Shown here piece by piece: positions 44,625 to 55,931 of a stretch of DNA of 64,000 bases (positions within the stretch are counted from its first letter, which is position 1; every line of letters begins with the position of its first letter). Source of the DNA: Escherichia coli (GTDB taxonomy: Bacteria; Pseudomonadota; Gammaproteobacteria; Enterobacterales; Enterobacteriaceae). The stretch is from assembly GCF_003334815.1 (NCBI RefSeq), contig NZ_QOWO01000004.1; one strand, written 5' to 3'. The notes under the pieces were generated by a model that was not told where the DNA came from, searched no databases, and was given only the letters and a program-made list of their open reading frames with translations. The translations under genes were made by a program, and so were the position numbers.

Positions 44625-46616
44625 TCAGAAGCGATAATCCACTGCCATAAAGTAACGACGTCCGTCTTCGTTATAGCTGTAGTCGTCACGACTGAGATCC
44701 TTGTCGCCAAGGTTCAGCACGCCTGCGCGCAGTTTGACGTCTTTAGTCACCTGCCAGGCCGCGCCGGTATTCCAGATGGTATAACCGCCCGGTGTTTTAG
44801 CCGTCGCGCTGTCGGCGCGTTTCTGCCCGGTATAGTGCCCAGAAACATAGAATGACCAGTCTTCCAGCGCCAGCGGTTTCCAGTCCAGCGTACCGTTAGC
44901 AGTATGGAACGGCAGATCGGATAGCGGTTTGTTTTCGCCGTTGCTGACATCACGACCATCGTTGTAGGTGTAGTTGATCGACAGTTTCCATTCATCGTTG
45001 AACGGAATTTTCAGTTCGGTTTCCACGCCCTGAATACGAGCTTTGTTAACGTTGTAGTAGCTAAATACCGGTATGCGCCGTCCGTTAGCGCCCGTCTCAA
45101 AACCAACAAAGTTTTGGTAGCCCGGTGCAGCGTTGACGTCAGACGTACGGCTGATGCTGATACGATCTTTCACATCGTTACGGAAAACGGTAACGCTGGA
45201 TTCAACCCCTTCCAGCCAGCCTTCTTCACCCATGTAGTAAAGCCCCAGCTCCCAACTTTCGCTGGTTTCTGGTTTCAGATCCGGGCTACCCACAATCTTA
45301 CATGCGCCACGGCAGGAATTGCTCGTCCAGTCAGGGCTAAGTTGCAACAGAGAAGGTGCTTTAAATGCCGTCGCCCAGCCCCCTTTCACCGTTACGGTGT
45401 CGGTGGCGTTATAAACCAGGTAGGCACGCGGACTCCAGTGTTCACCGTAGGTTTCGTGATCGTCCATACGCACGCCGGTCGTCAGCGCCAGCGGCTCGAA
45501 GATCCGCCATTCATCTTCCACAAACAGCGCGTACTGGCTGGCAGACGTTTTGGAGCTGGTTCCCCCGGTCAGGTTCACCGCATCGCTAAGTTTGTCGTGA
45601 CGCCATTCACCGCCAACCGTGAGAAACTGATTAATCGCCGTCAGCGGCAACGTGTATTTGCCGTCGACCGTATTGCTTTCGGAAGTTATCGGGCTGCTGT
45701 TGCCAGGGTTTTTGTTCTCGACTTTCTCACCGTAGTATTTCAGTTCGCTGGTGCCGTAATCCCAACGCCCATTATGGCTGACGGAGTAGTTCTGGCGTTC
45801 CAGGCGGTTTTTGTCCAGCGAGTCGGAATCACGATCCTGACGGTCGAAACCGTATCCGGCAGTAAAATCGTGATTTTGATTCGGTGTCCAGGCAAATTCG
45901 ACATTGCCGTCGCGGCTGGAGAATCCTTCAATACGCGGCGTTTCTCCGGTATCGGTGGTCGTTGAGTTTTGCGGGTCATCCTTTTCACGTTTTGCCAGGC
46001 TGCCGTAAGCTTTCATTCCCAGCACACCATCAATTAATGGTCCACTGGTAAAGAACTGACCGTTATAGGTGTCACCGCGATCGCGATGTTCCTGAATGGT
46101 GGTATCGACGGTAACGGTACCCGACCATTTCTGACCGATTTTTTTGGTGATGATATTCACTACACCGCCGAGCGCATCGGAACCGTACAGCGACGACATC
46201 GGGCCACGGACCACTTCAATACGTTCGATGGAATCGACCGGGATCCAGTTCAGATCGAAATCATTGTGGCGGAAGACGGCATTGCGGGAGTTCACGCGTT
46301 TACCGTCGACGAGAATCAGGGTATAGCTGCTGTCCAGACCACGAATACTAACGCCCTTACGGTTATCCCCTTCGTTCGTCAGTTGTACGCCAGGCACTTC
46401 TTTGAGGACATCCTTCAGATTCTGTACCGGTTTTCGCTGCAGGTCTTCCTGGGTAATGACGCTGATACTGGCAGGTGCATCTTTAAGATTTTGTTCCACG
46501 GAAGATGCAGTGACAACCATCGTTTCGCCATCATCATCGACCGCTAACACAGGCCATGCACAAGAAATAGCGGACAAACACAGCCCGACCCGTACGAAAG
46601 GGTTCAACCTAAACAT
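44625..46616 (-). CDS. cirA: TonB-dependent catecholate siderophore / colicin I receptor (663 aa)
   Basis: Signal peptide; terminal aromatic residue (ends DYRF). Confidence 0.9.
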
Positions 46617-46786
46617 TCCATATCTCCATGAGGTAACTACGAAAATAAAATGGGTTATCGCTCACATCTTCTTCACGTCCCCTTGCGTACGGCAGCATCG
46701 CGGTGGACTTATTTTTTATGCAGGTGATCATCCCAGAAAGCCGGAACAGCCTCTGATTTGTCAGCCTTTTTTGATTGCGGCGTAAC

Positions 46787-46814
46787 GATAATGCAAACGA
46801 TAACAATTATCAAT
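46787..46814. promoter_or_regulatory. Fur-box-like sequence upstream of cirA
   Basis: GATAATGCAAACGATAACAATTATCAAT resembles the Fur consensus GATAATGATAATCATTATC. Confidence 0.5.
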
Positions 46815-46862
46815 CCAAATGTTAAATTTTATATCCGCATGATTTGTCAGGGAAATGGAATT

Positions 46863-46890
46863 GAAAAAGCCCTCTCGGTTGAGAGGGCTT
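46863..46890 (-). terminator. Intrinsic terminator of lysP
   Basis: AAGCCCTCTC-AACC-GAGAGGGCTT followed by TTTTT on the minus strand. Confidence 0.75.
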
Positions 46891-46909
46891 AGCAAGGAAG
46901 GGAGGAAAC

Positions 46910-48379
46910 TTATTTCTTATCGTTCTGCGGGAACTTCATTTCGCTGTAGCGTACGAAGTGAGTTCCTTTAATCAGCTTGTAGCCGAACCAAATAATCAGG
47001 AACAGCGGGATACCAATATACGTTGCCGCTACGCCGCCCCAGTCAATAGTATCTTTCAGGAACGCTTCGTAGTTCTGGCCCAAAGTGATAATCAGACACA
47101 GAATGAATGCGAAGATCGGCCCCAGTGGGAAGAAACCTGAACGGTACGGCAGATCGTTAATGTCGTGTCCCTGCAATACGTAACCGCGACGGAAGCGATA
47201 GTGGCTAATGGCAATCCCCAGCCAGGCGATAAAACCCGTCATCCCGGAGGTGTTCAGCAGCCACAGGTATACCGTCTGGTTGCCAAACATGGAGGTCAGG
47301 AAGCACAGACCGGCAATCACCGTCGTCGCATACAGCGCATTACGCGGCACGCCACCACGCGACAGTTTAGCGAAAATGCGCGGCGCTTTACCGTCACACG
47401 CCAGGGTGTACAGCATACGAGTAGACGCATACATACCGGAGTTACCCGCTGACAGCACCGCCGTCAGAATAACTGCGTTCATCACCGCCGCCGCAGAGAG
47501 CAGACCCGCGTGCTGGAACACCAGGGTGAACGGACTAACGCTGATGTCTTTAACATCGTTACGCAGCAGGCTCGGATCGGTGTACGGAATAATCAGGCTG
47601 ATAATCAGGATCGCGAACACATAGAACAACAGGATTCGCCAGAACACCTGACGTACCGCGCGTGGAATGTTTTTCGCCGGATCTTCGGACTCGCCTGCAG
47701 CAATACCGATCAGCTCGGTTCCCTGGAAAGAGAAGCCGACAATCATAGCTACGCCGATCATCGCCGCAAAACCACCAGCAAACGGCGCTTCGCCGATTGT
47801 CCAGTTGCTCCAGCCCGCAGGCTGCGCGCCTTTGAAGATACCGATAATCATCAGCACGCCAACGATGATAAAGACAATAACTGTCGTGACTTTGATCAGT
47901 GAGAACCAGTATTCCGCTTCACCAAAGCCACGAACTGAGATGTAGTTCAGCAGGAAGATAACGCCGAGGAACAACGCACTCCAGATCCAGCCCGGTGTAT
48001 CCGGGAACCACCAGCTCATGACCAGCTGAGCTGCAACCAGGTCAACGGCGATAGTCACCGCCCAGTTGTACCAGTAGTTCCAGCCCAGCGCGAAGCCAAA
48101 GCCTTCTTCAACATAGTTCTGACCGTAAGTGGCAAACGAACCGGAAACCGGCATATATGCAGCCAGTTCACCGAGACTGGTCATCAGGAAGTAAACCATC
48201 AGGCCAATCAGCATATACGAGAGCAATGCCCCGCCCGGACCTGCCTGAGAAATCGTTGCGCCAGAGGCAACAAAAAGACCTGTACCGATGGAACCGCCAA
48301 TGGCAATCATCGTCAGGTGACGCGCCTTTAATTCACGGCGTAAGCCCGGCGCTTCTGTGGTTTTAGTTTCGGAAACCAT
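46910..48379 (-). CDS. lysP: Lysine-specific APC-family permease (489 aa)
   Basis: ORF track; synteny. Confidence 0.9.
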   Translation of the reverse strand: MVSETKTTEAPGLRRELKARHLTMIAIGGSIGTGLFVASGATISQAGPGGALLSYMLIGLMVYFLMTSLGELAAYMPVSGSFATYGQNYVEEGFGFALGWNYWYNWAVTIAVDLVAAQLVMSWWFPDTPGWIWSALFLGVIFLLNYISVRGFGEAEYWFSLIKVTTVIVFIIVGVLMIIGIFKGAQPAGWSNWTIGEAPFAGGFAAMIGVAMIVGFSFQGTELIGIAAGESEDPAKNIPRAVRQVFWRILLFYVFAILIISLIIPYTDPSLLRNDVKDISVSPFTLVFQHAGLLSAAAVMNAVILTAVLSAGNSGMYASTRMLYTLACDGKAPRIFAKLSRGGVPRNALYATTVIAGLCFLTSMFGNQTVYLWLLNTSGMTGFIAWLGIAISHYRFRRGYVLQGHDINDLPYRSGFFPLGPIFAFILCLIITLGQNYEAFLKDTIDWGGVAATYIGIPLFLIIWFGYKLIKGTHFVRYSEMKFPQNDKK

Positions 48380-48671
48380 ACAAAAATGCTATCCATCTTA
48401 AAAATGAGGCGCGATTGTAGCAGACGATTGGCAATCCTTCCGGCAGAAATACACGGTTATAAGACACCTTCATGATCGCCCAGGGATTATAAGTAAAGCA
48501 GCCAATCTCTTTTCTGGCGAATGCATGCTGAAGGCGCTGCGTCACGAAATCGACACAGCACCAGCATGTTCTTGTACAGCAACTTAACGCGGCACATTTG
48601 CGGGATCGCAATAGTCCAGAAAGCGCCGTAGCGCGTTGGAAAGGTGTTTTTGCCGATGATGTATACGCCAC
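48363..48671 (-). CDS. Possible small cysteine-rich protein; true start uncertain
   Basis: ORF track 102 aa with cluster [15 protein letters not shown]; overlaps the yeiE 3' end by 88 nt if the first ATG is used; an internal TTG would give ~82 aa. May correspond to yeiW, which I place here only from memory. Confidence 0.3.
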
Positions 48672-49465
48672 AACGTACGCATCAGGCGCGGCAGAGGGAC
48701 CGCAACTTCACTTAATGTGCCTGCCTGCAATTGATCTTCAATCACACGTCGCGACAGGCAACTAATTCCCAACCCATGACGCACCGCATGTTTGATTGCC
48801 TCGGAGTTACCTAATTCCATCGCCATCTCAAACTTCGGTAAATGTGACAGCAACAGATAATCGACAATCTCCCGCGTGCCGGAACCGCGTTCACGCAGGA
48901 TCCACGGCGCAGCGGCCAGCTGTTCTAAGGTGACCGGACCACGGGCCAACGGCGAAGTCGGCGCGGCGAAAACCACCAGCTCGTCTTCCAGCCACGGTTC
49001 AGAAATGATTTCAGTGCTGTGGCACGGTCCTTCAATAAAGCCAATATCAACGCGGAAATCCAGCACCGCTTGCATCACGTCCTGGCTATTCCCAACGCTA
49101 AGTTCAATCGGCAACTGCGGATAATCATGGCGATAACGGGCGATAACTGCAGGCAGAATGTAGTTACCGATGGTACTACTGGCATAGATACGAATCGCGC
49201 CGTTGTCTTCGCGAAACAGTTGTTCGATTTCAACCGCCTGTTCAAGCAATGCCAACGCACGCGGATAGAGCAGCCGCCCGTGTTCATTAACAACCAGTCT
49301 TTTCCCCACGCGATCAAACAGTTGCACGCCAAGCTGCCCTTCCAGGTCGGTCAAGGCTGCGCTCACTGCTGATTGCGACAACGCCAGCATCACCGACGCC
49401 TGGGTGGTTGATCCACTTTTCAATACTTCTGCAAAAACTTCCAACTGCCGGAGGGTGATGTGCAT
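48584..49465 (-). CDS. yeiE: LysR-family transcriptional regulator (293 aa)
   Basis: N-terminal LysR helix-turn-helix; divergent from yeiH. Confidence 0.85.
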
Positions 49466-49563
49466 AGTCGCTTACCACTTATAAAGATTAATTATAAATA
49501 TATAATCAATTTTATTTTTAAACCAGTTAGTCGTAACCTTATGCCCGGTTAAAGGAGAGGGTT

Positions 49564-50613
49564 ATGACGAATATCACCTTACAGAAACAACATCGTACAC
49601 TGTGGCATTTTATTCCGGGGTTAGCCCTGAGTGCAGTTATCACCGGGGTCGCCCTGTGGGGTGGTTCCATTCCCGCGGTTGCGGGTGCCGGGTTTAGTGC
49701 CCTCACCCTCGCAATCTTGTTGGGGATGGTTTTAGGCAACACCATCTATCCGCACATCTGGAAAAGCTGTGACGGTGGTGTGCTGTTTGCCAAGCAATAT
49801 TTATTACGTCTGGGTATCATTCTTTATGGCTTCCGTCTGACGTTCTCGCAAATTGCCGATGTCGGTATCAGTGGGATCATCATTGACGTGTTGACGCTGT
49901 CCAGTACCTTCCTGCTGGCTTGCTTCCTGGGGCAGAAAGTGTTTGGTCTGGATAAGCACACCAGCTGGTTGATCGGTGCCGGTAGCAGTATCTGTGGTGC
50001 TGCCGCGGTACTGGCGACTGAGCCGGTAGTGAAAGCGGAAGCCAGTAAAGTAACCGTGGCTGTTGCAACCGTTGTTATCTTCGGGACCGTCGCGATTTTC
50101 CTCTACCCGGCGATATATCCGCTGATGTCTCAATGGTTTAGTCCGGAAACTTTCGGTATCTACATTGGTTCTACTGTGCACGAAGTGGCGCAGGTGGTGG
50201 CGGCAGGTCATGCCATCAGCCCGGATGCGGAAAACGCAGCAGTTATTTCCAAAATGCTGCGCGTGATGATGCTGGCTCCGTTCCTCATCCTGCTGGCGGC
50301 GCGTGTTAAACAGCTGTCTGGGGCGAACAGCGGCGAGAAAAGCAAAATCACTATTCCGTGGTTTGCCATCTTGTTCATCGTAGTTGCCATCTTTAACTCG
50401 TTCCACCTGTTACCGCAGAGCGTGGTGAACATGCTGGTAACGCTGGATACCTTCCTGCTGGCAATGGCGATGGCGGCGCTGGGTCTGACCACTCACGTCA
50501 GCGCGCTGAAAAAAGCTGGGGCGAAACCTCTGCTGATGGCACTGGTACTGTTTGCCTGGCTGATTGTTGGTGGTGGTGCGATTAACTATGTGATTCAAAG
50601 CGTCATCGCATAA
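49564..50613 (+). CDS. yeiH: Inner-membrane protein (349 aa)
   Basis: ORF track; hydrophobic. Confidence 0.8.
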
Positions 50614-50686
50614 ACCACTACATCTTGCTCCTGTTAACCCGCTATCATTACCGTTTTCCTCCAGCGGGTTTAACAGGAGTCCTCGC

Positions 50687-51544
50687 ATGAAATACATTGG
50701 AGCGCACGTTAGTGCTGCTGGCGGTCTGGCAAATGCCGCAATTCGCGCCGCCGAAATCGACGCAACCGCGTTTGCCTTGTTCACCAAAAACCAACGTCAG
50801 TGGCGTGCCGCACCGCTCACGACGCAAACCATCGATGAATTCAAAGCCGCCTGTGAAAAATATCACTACACATCGGCGCAAATTCTTCCCCACGACAGTT
50901 ATCTGATTAACCTCGGACATCCGGTCACTGAAGCTCTGGAAAAATCGCGCGATGCCTTTATAGATGAAATGCAGCGTTGCGAACAGCTGGGGCTTTCTTT
51001 GCTCAACTTCCACCCTGGCAGCCATCTGATGCAGATTTCAGAAGAGGATTGCCTTGCGCGTATTGCCGAATCCATCAACATTGCGCTGGATAAAACTCAA
51101 GGTGTGACAGCGGTGATAGAAAACACCGCCGGTCAGGGCAGTAACTTAGGGTTTAAATTCGAACATCTCGCGGCGATTATCGACGGCGTGGAAGATAAAT
51201 CCCGCGTCGGCGTCTGCATTGATACCTGCCATGCTTTCGCTGCCGGGTATGATTTGCGTACTCCAGCCGAATGCGAGAAAACATTCGCGGATTTTGCCCG
51301 TACTGTCGGCTTTAAGTATCTGCGCGGGATGCACCTTAACGATGCGAAAAGCACCTTTGGCAGCCGCGTTGACCGCCATCATAGCCTCGGTGAAGGCAAT
51401 ATCGGTCATGATGCGTTCCGCTGGATCATGCAGGACGACCGTTTCGACGGCATTCCGCTGATCCTCGAAACCATCAACCCGGATATCTGGGCAGAAGAGA
51501 TCGCCTGGCTGAAAGCGCAACAAACTGAAAAAGCGGTAGCCTGA
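50687..51544 (+). CDS. nfo: Endonuclease IV (285 aa)
   Basis: ORF track; size and synteny. Confidence 0.9.
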
Positions 51545-51546
51545 AG

Positions 51547-52635
51547 ATGAATAACCGGGAAAAGGAGATCCTTGCAATTTTACGGCGTAACCCGCTGATT
51601 CAGCAGAACGAAATTGCGGACATGCTGCAAATCAGCCGTTCGCGCGTTGCGGCGCATATTATGGATTTAATGCGCAAAGGCCGGATTAAAGGCAAAGGTT
51701 ACATTCTCACCGAGCAGGAATACTGCGTAGTGGTGGGGACAATCAATATGGATATTCGCGGGATGGCGGATATCCGTTACCCGCAATCGGCTTCTCATCC
51801 CGGTACAATTCATTGCTCAGCGGGCGGCGTGGGACGCAACATCGCCCACAATCTGGCGCTGTTAGGCCGTGACGTCCATTTGCTTTCAGTGATTGGCGAT
51901 GACTTTTATGGCGAAATGCTCCTGGAAGAAACGCGCCGTGCCGGCGTGAATGTCTCCGGCTGCGTTCGTTTGCATGGTCAAAGCACATCGACGTATCTGG
52001 CAATTGCCAATCGAGACGATCAAACCGTGCTGGCGATTAACGATACCCATCTGCTGGAACAGTTGACACCGCAACTACTGAACGGGTCGCGCGATTTACT
52101 TCGTCATGCGGGCGTGGTACTGGCTGATTGCAACCTGACAGCCGAGGCGCTGGAATGGGTCTTTACCCTCGCTGATGAAATCCCGGTGTTTGTCGATACC
52201 GTTTCAGAATTCAAAGCGGGCAAAATCAAACACTGGCTGGCGCATATTCACACCCTGAAACCCACTTTACCGGAGCTGGAAATTTTATGGGGACAGGCGA
52301 TCACCAGCGATGCTGACCGTAATACCGCAGTGAATGCATTGCATCAGCAAGGTGTTCAGCAACTGTTTGTTTATTTGCCCGATGAGTCAGTTTATTGCAG
52401 CGAAAAGGATGGAGAACAATTTTTGCTGACCGCGCCAGCGCATACGACAGTAGACAGTTTTGGTGCTGACGATGGTTTTATGGCGGGCCTGGTATATAGC
52501 TTTCTTGAAGGATACAGTTTCCGCGACAGCGCCCGTTTTGCGGTAGCCTGCGCGGCAATTTCGCGCGCCAGCGGCAGCTTAAACAACCCTACCCTGTCTG
52601 CCGATAACGCGCTTTCATTAGTGCCAATGGTGTAA
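51547..52635 (+). CDS. yeiI: PfkB-family sugar/nucleoside kinase with N-terminal HTH (362 aa)
   Basis: ORF track; paralogous to psuK plus an N-terminal HTH-like segment. Confidence 0.8.
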   Translation: MNNREKEILAILRRNPLIQQNEIADMLQISRSRVAAHIMDLMRKGRIKGKGYILTEQEYCVVVGTINMDIRGMADIRYPQSASHPGTIHCSAGGVGRNIAHNLALLGRDVHLLSVIGDDFYGEMLLEETRRAGVNVSGCVRLHGQSTSTYLAIANRDDQTVLAINDTHLLEQLTPQLLNGSRDLLRHAGVVLADCNLTAEALEWVFTLADEIPVFVDTVSEFKAGKIKHWLAHIHTLKPTLPELEILWGQAITSDADRNTAVNALHQQGVQQLFVYLPDESVYCSEKDGEQFLLTAPAHTTVDSFGADDGFMAGLVYSFLEGYSFRDSARFAVACAAISRASGSLNNPTLSADNALSLVPMV

Positions 52636-52642
52636 CAATGTT

Positions 52643-52733
52643 GCCGGATGCGACGCTTAACGCGTCTTATCCGGCCTACAAATCAGGCAATTTCAGCAAG
52701 TAAATGTAGGCCTGATAAGCTTGCGCATCAGGC
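52643..52733. repeat. REP pair (BIME)
   Basis: GCCGGATGCGACGCTTAACGCGTCTTATCCGGCCTACAAA and an inverted partial copy. Confidence 0.75.
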
Positions 52734-52741
52734 AATGACAC

Positions 52742-53992
52742 TCAAGCTAAACCAATAAAGAGCCCGGCAATGGTCGCACTCATCAAGTTGGAAAGCGTCG
52801 CCGCCGCCAGCGCCCGTAAACCAAGCTGGGCGATTTCCGGCGCACGGTGTGGCGCAACCGCAGAAAACGCCCCCACCACCACCCCGATAGAACCAAAGTT
52901 AGCGAAACCGCACAACGCGAAGGAAATAATCGCCACAGTTTTAGCATCGAGAGTGCCAGCCGTTTGCAGATAGGGTGAGAAATTGAGATAAGCGACAAAT
53001 TCATTTATTGCCAGTTTCTGTCCAATCAAACTCCCGGCAAGATTCGCATCACTCCAGTCCACACCCATCACCCACGCCAGTGGAGCCAGCAGGTAACCTA
53101 AAATGGACTCCAGCGAGGCATGTTCAAAACCAAACCAGCCACCAACGCCGCCGATAATACCGTTAATCAACGCAATTATTGCAACAAATGCCATCACCAC
53201 TGTTGCCACACCTGCGGCGATTTTCAGCCCGGTCATTGCCCCTGTCGCAGCGGCTTCAATAATGCTTTTTGGCGGTGTTTCGGTGAAAGAGAGGTTATTA
53301 AAGGAAACCTGCGAAGATTCCGTTGCCGGGCTTAACAGGCGGGCAAACAAGATCCCGCCAGGGATCGCCATTAATGATGCCGCCAGCAGATATTCCACAG
53401 GCACGCCCAGTGCGGCGTAACCAATCATTGTCGAACCAGCAATCGAGGCCATGCCACTACAAATCGCTGTAAATAATTCATTGCGATTCAGACGATCGAT
53501 AAAGGGTTTGACGATTGCCGGAATTTCGTTTTGCCCGAGGAAAATGGTGGTGACCGCGACGAATGACTCGATCTTGCTGATATTTAATGCTTTCTGGAAG
53601 ATACCGCCGAGAATTCGAATTAAAATCCCCATCACACCGATGTAGTAGAGAATACTCACCAGCGCGGTGACGAAGATAATTGCCGGTAACACCCTGAAAC
53701 CAAAGATAAATCCTGCACCATCAAATAAGGTATCCATTTTCGGTCCGACCAGAGAACCGAAGATAAATGCGCTACCCGCGTCGCTGTACGCCATCACTTT
53801 ATGCACGCCAAAAGCGACTTTTTCAGCGACCCAACGCCCTGGCGGTAACCAAAGCATAATGCCGCCAATCACGACCTGTAACACTAACGCCGCGCCAACG
53901 GTACGCAGGCTGATCTTCTTCTTGTTTACTGACAGTAAAAACGCAATCGTCAGCAATACCACCATTCCCAGAACACTTCTCATGACATCCAT
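52742..53992 (-). CDS. nupX: NupC-family nucleoside transporter (416 aa)
   Basis: ORF track; close paralog of psuT. Confidence 0.85.
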   Translation of the reverse strand: MDVMRSVLGMVVLLTIAFLLSVNKKKISLRTVGAALVLQVVIGGIMLWLPPGRWVAEKVAFGVHKVMAYSDAGSAFIFGSLVGPKMDTLFDGAGFIFGFRVLPAIIFVTALVSILYYIGVMGILIRILGGIFQKALNISKIESFVAVTTIFLGQNEIPAIVKPFIDRLNRNELFTAICSGMASIAGSTMIGYAALGVPVEYLLAASLMAIPGGILFARLLSPATESSQVSFNNLSFTETPPKSIIEAAATGAMTGLKIAAGVATVVMAFVAIIALINGIIGGVGGWFGFEHASLESILGYLLAPLAWVMGVDWSDANLAGSLIGQKLAINEFVAYLNFSPYLQTAGTLDAKTVAIISFALCGFANFGSIGVVVGAFSAVAPHRAPEIAQLGLRALAAATLSNLMSATIAGLFIGLA

Positions 53993-54091
53993 AGTGATTA
54001 TCTCTTCATGTCATATTGGGCGACGGCTTTCTGCCCATCAGAAATAGCCAGGCCTGCATCTTGCGATACCGGCCCGGCTTGTTATCAACAC

Positions 54092-55033
54092 TTAATGGGT
54101 TTTGATGTAGCCGCGCACGCACTCTTCGACTAATCCCCAGAACCAGTCTGTATCAATAGTGATGCCGACTTTGGTATTGGCGGGCTTGCCAAGAACGCCC
54201 AGCTCGTCGCAGACGGTACGCCCATAGCAAGGGCCACTGTTGACGTCCACTTCGACGTACATCTCCTGGGTTTTAATGCCATCAGGGTTAATCAGATAAC
54301 CGATGCAGGTGGCGTCGTGCACCGGGCCGCCAGCAAGGCCGTAGTTTTCGAACTGCGTTTTGAGAGTGAAGTTCATGATGTCGCTGAACAGCTCTCCGGC
54401 GGGGCCGCCTGCCCTTTCCATCCGAGCAATCACGTCCGGGGTGCAAACGGTCTGGTTGGTGAGATCGAGGCCCATCATCACTAATGGAACGCCGGAGGTG
54501 AACACTACGCGTGCGGCTTCCGGGTCGGCAAAGATGTTGAACTCGGCAGATGGCGTGAAGTTGCCTGTACCGTAAGCGCCGCCCATTAGCACAATTTCAC
54601 GGATTTTGGGCAGGATCGCGGGTTGCATACGCATTGCCACCGCGATATTTGAAAGCGGACCAACCGGCACCAGAGTGATATCGCCATCGCTTGCCATCAG
54701 GGTATCAATGATATATTTCACCGCATGAGTGCTTTCTGCCTGGCGGGTCAGCGGCTCGAATACCGGGCCATCCAGTCCGGTTTCACCGTGAATATTATCG
54801 GCAACGATTTGTTGACGCATAATGGGCTGCGGCATCCCCGCATAAACCGGAACATTAATCTCCAGTTTCTGGCAAACATTCAGGCCATTAATTAATGTTT
54901 TATCAAGCGTCTGATTACCCGCTACAATAGTGATGCCTAATAAATCTATTGCCGGATGTTTCGCCGCCATCATTATAGCAATAGCATCATCATGACCCGG
55001 ATCACAATCCAGAATAATTTTTCTCTTTTCCAT
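54092..55033 (-). CDS. rihB: Pyrimidine-specific ribonucleoside hydrolase (313 aa)
   Basis: N-terminal DCDPGHDDA motif. Confidence 0.9.
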   Translation of the reverse strand: MEKRKIILDCDPGHDDAIAIMMAAKHPAIDLLGITIVAGNQTLDKTLINGLNVCQKLEINVPVYAGMPQPIMRQQIVADNIHGETGLDGPVFEPLTRQAESTHAVKYIIDTLMASDGDITLVPVGPLSNIAVAMRMQPAILPKIREIVLMGGAYGTGNFTPSAEFNIFADPEAARVVFTSGVPLVMMGLDLTNQTVCTPDVIARMERAGGPAGELFSDIMNFTLKTQFENYGLAGGPVHDATCIGYLINPDGIKTQEMYVEVDVNSGPCYGRTVCDELGVLGKPANTKVGITIDTDWFWGLVEECVRGYIKTH

Positions 55034-55201
55034 TGTTTATTTCCTCTGTTTCCAGTTGCGTTATTTTTTCTACAGCAAAGAAAATTCGACCGGGCCGATG
55101 ATTGAATCTTAACAACAGCGTACGTATGCTAAATATGAGAAATCTCATAGCGGATAAACATCGTGAAAGAAATCCACAATAATGATCTTAAGCAGCAATT
55201 G

Positions 55202-55861
55202 ATGAGTGAATCCGCGTTTAAGGATTGCTTTTTAACGGATGTTTCAGCCGATACGCGGCTGTTTCATTTTTTAGCGCGTGACTACATTGTGCAGGAAGGG
55301 CAACAGCCGTCCTGGCTGTTTTACCTGACGCGAGGCCGCGCCAGGCTTTACGCCACGCTAGCTAATGGTCGCGTGTCGCTGATCGATTTCTTTGCCGCCC
55401 CCTGTTTTATTGGCGAGATTGAGTTAATCGATAAAGACCATGAACCGCGTGCGGTGCAGGCTATTGAAGAGTGTTGGTGCCTTGCGCTCCCTATGAAACA
55501 TTACCGTCCGCTGTTATTAAACGACACGCTATTTTTACGAAAACTCTGCGTCACCTTAAGTCATAAAAATTATCGTAATATTGTTTCTTTAACTCAGAAT
55601 CAATCATTTCCGTTAGTGAATCGCCTGGCAGCATTTATATTACTCTCGCAGGAAGGTGATCTTTATCACGAAAAGCATACGCAAGCGGCAGAGTATTTAG
55701 GCGTTTCTTATCGACATCTTTTATATGTTCTCGCGCAGTTCATTCACGACGGTTTATTAATTAAAAGCAAGAAAGGGTATCTCATTAAAAACAGAAAGCA
55801 GTTGTCAGGACTGGCGCTGGAGATGGACCCGGAGAATAAATTCTCCGGGATGATGCAGTAA
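55202..55861 (+). CDS. yeiL: CRP/FNR-family transcriptional regulator (219 aa)
   Basis: ORF track 55163..55861 (GTG) trimmed to ATG 55202. Confidence 0.8.
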
Positions 55862-55884
55862 AAATTATTTTCAATAGCGCGATT

Positions 55885-55924
55885 GCCGGATGCAACGCTT
55901 AATACGTTTTATCCGGTCTACAAA
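55885..55924. repeat. REP element
   Basis: GCCGGATGCAACGCTTAATACGTTTTATCCGGTCTACAAA. Confidence 0.7.
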
Positions 55925-55931
55925 TCGAGCA

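Noticed and set aside
45114-45965. 283-aa plus-strand ORF
   Set aside because: Antisense to cirA; shadow ORF.
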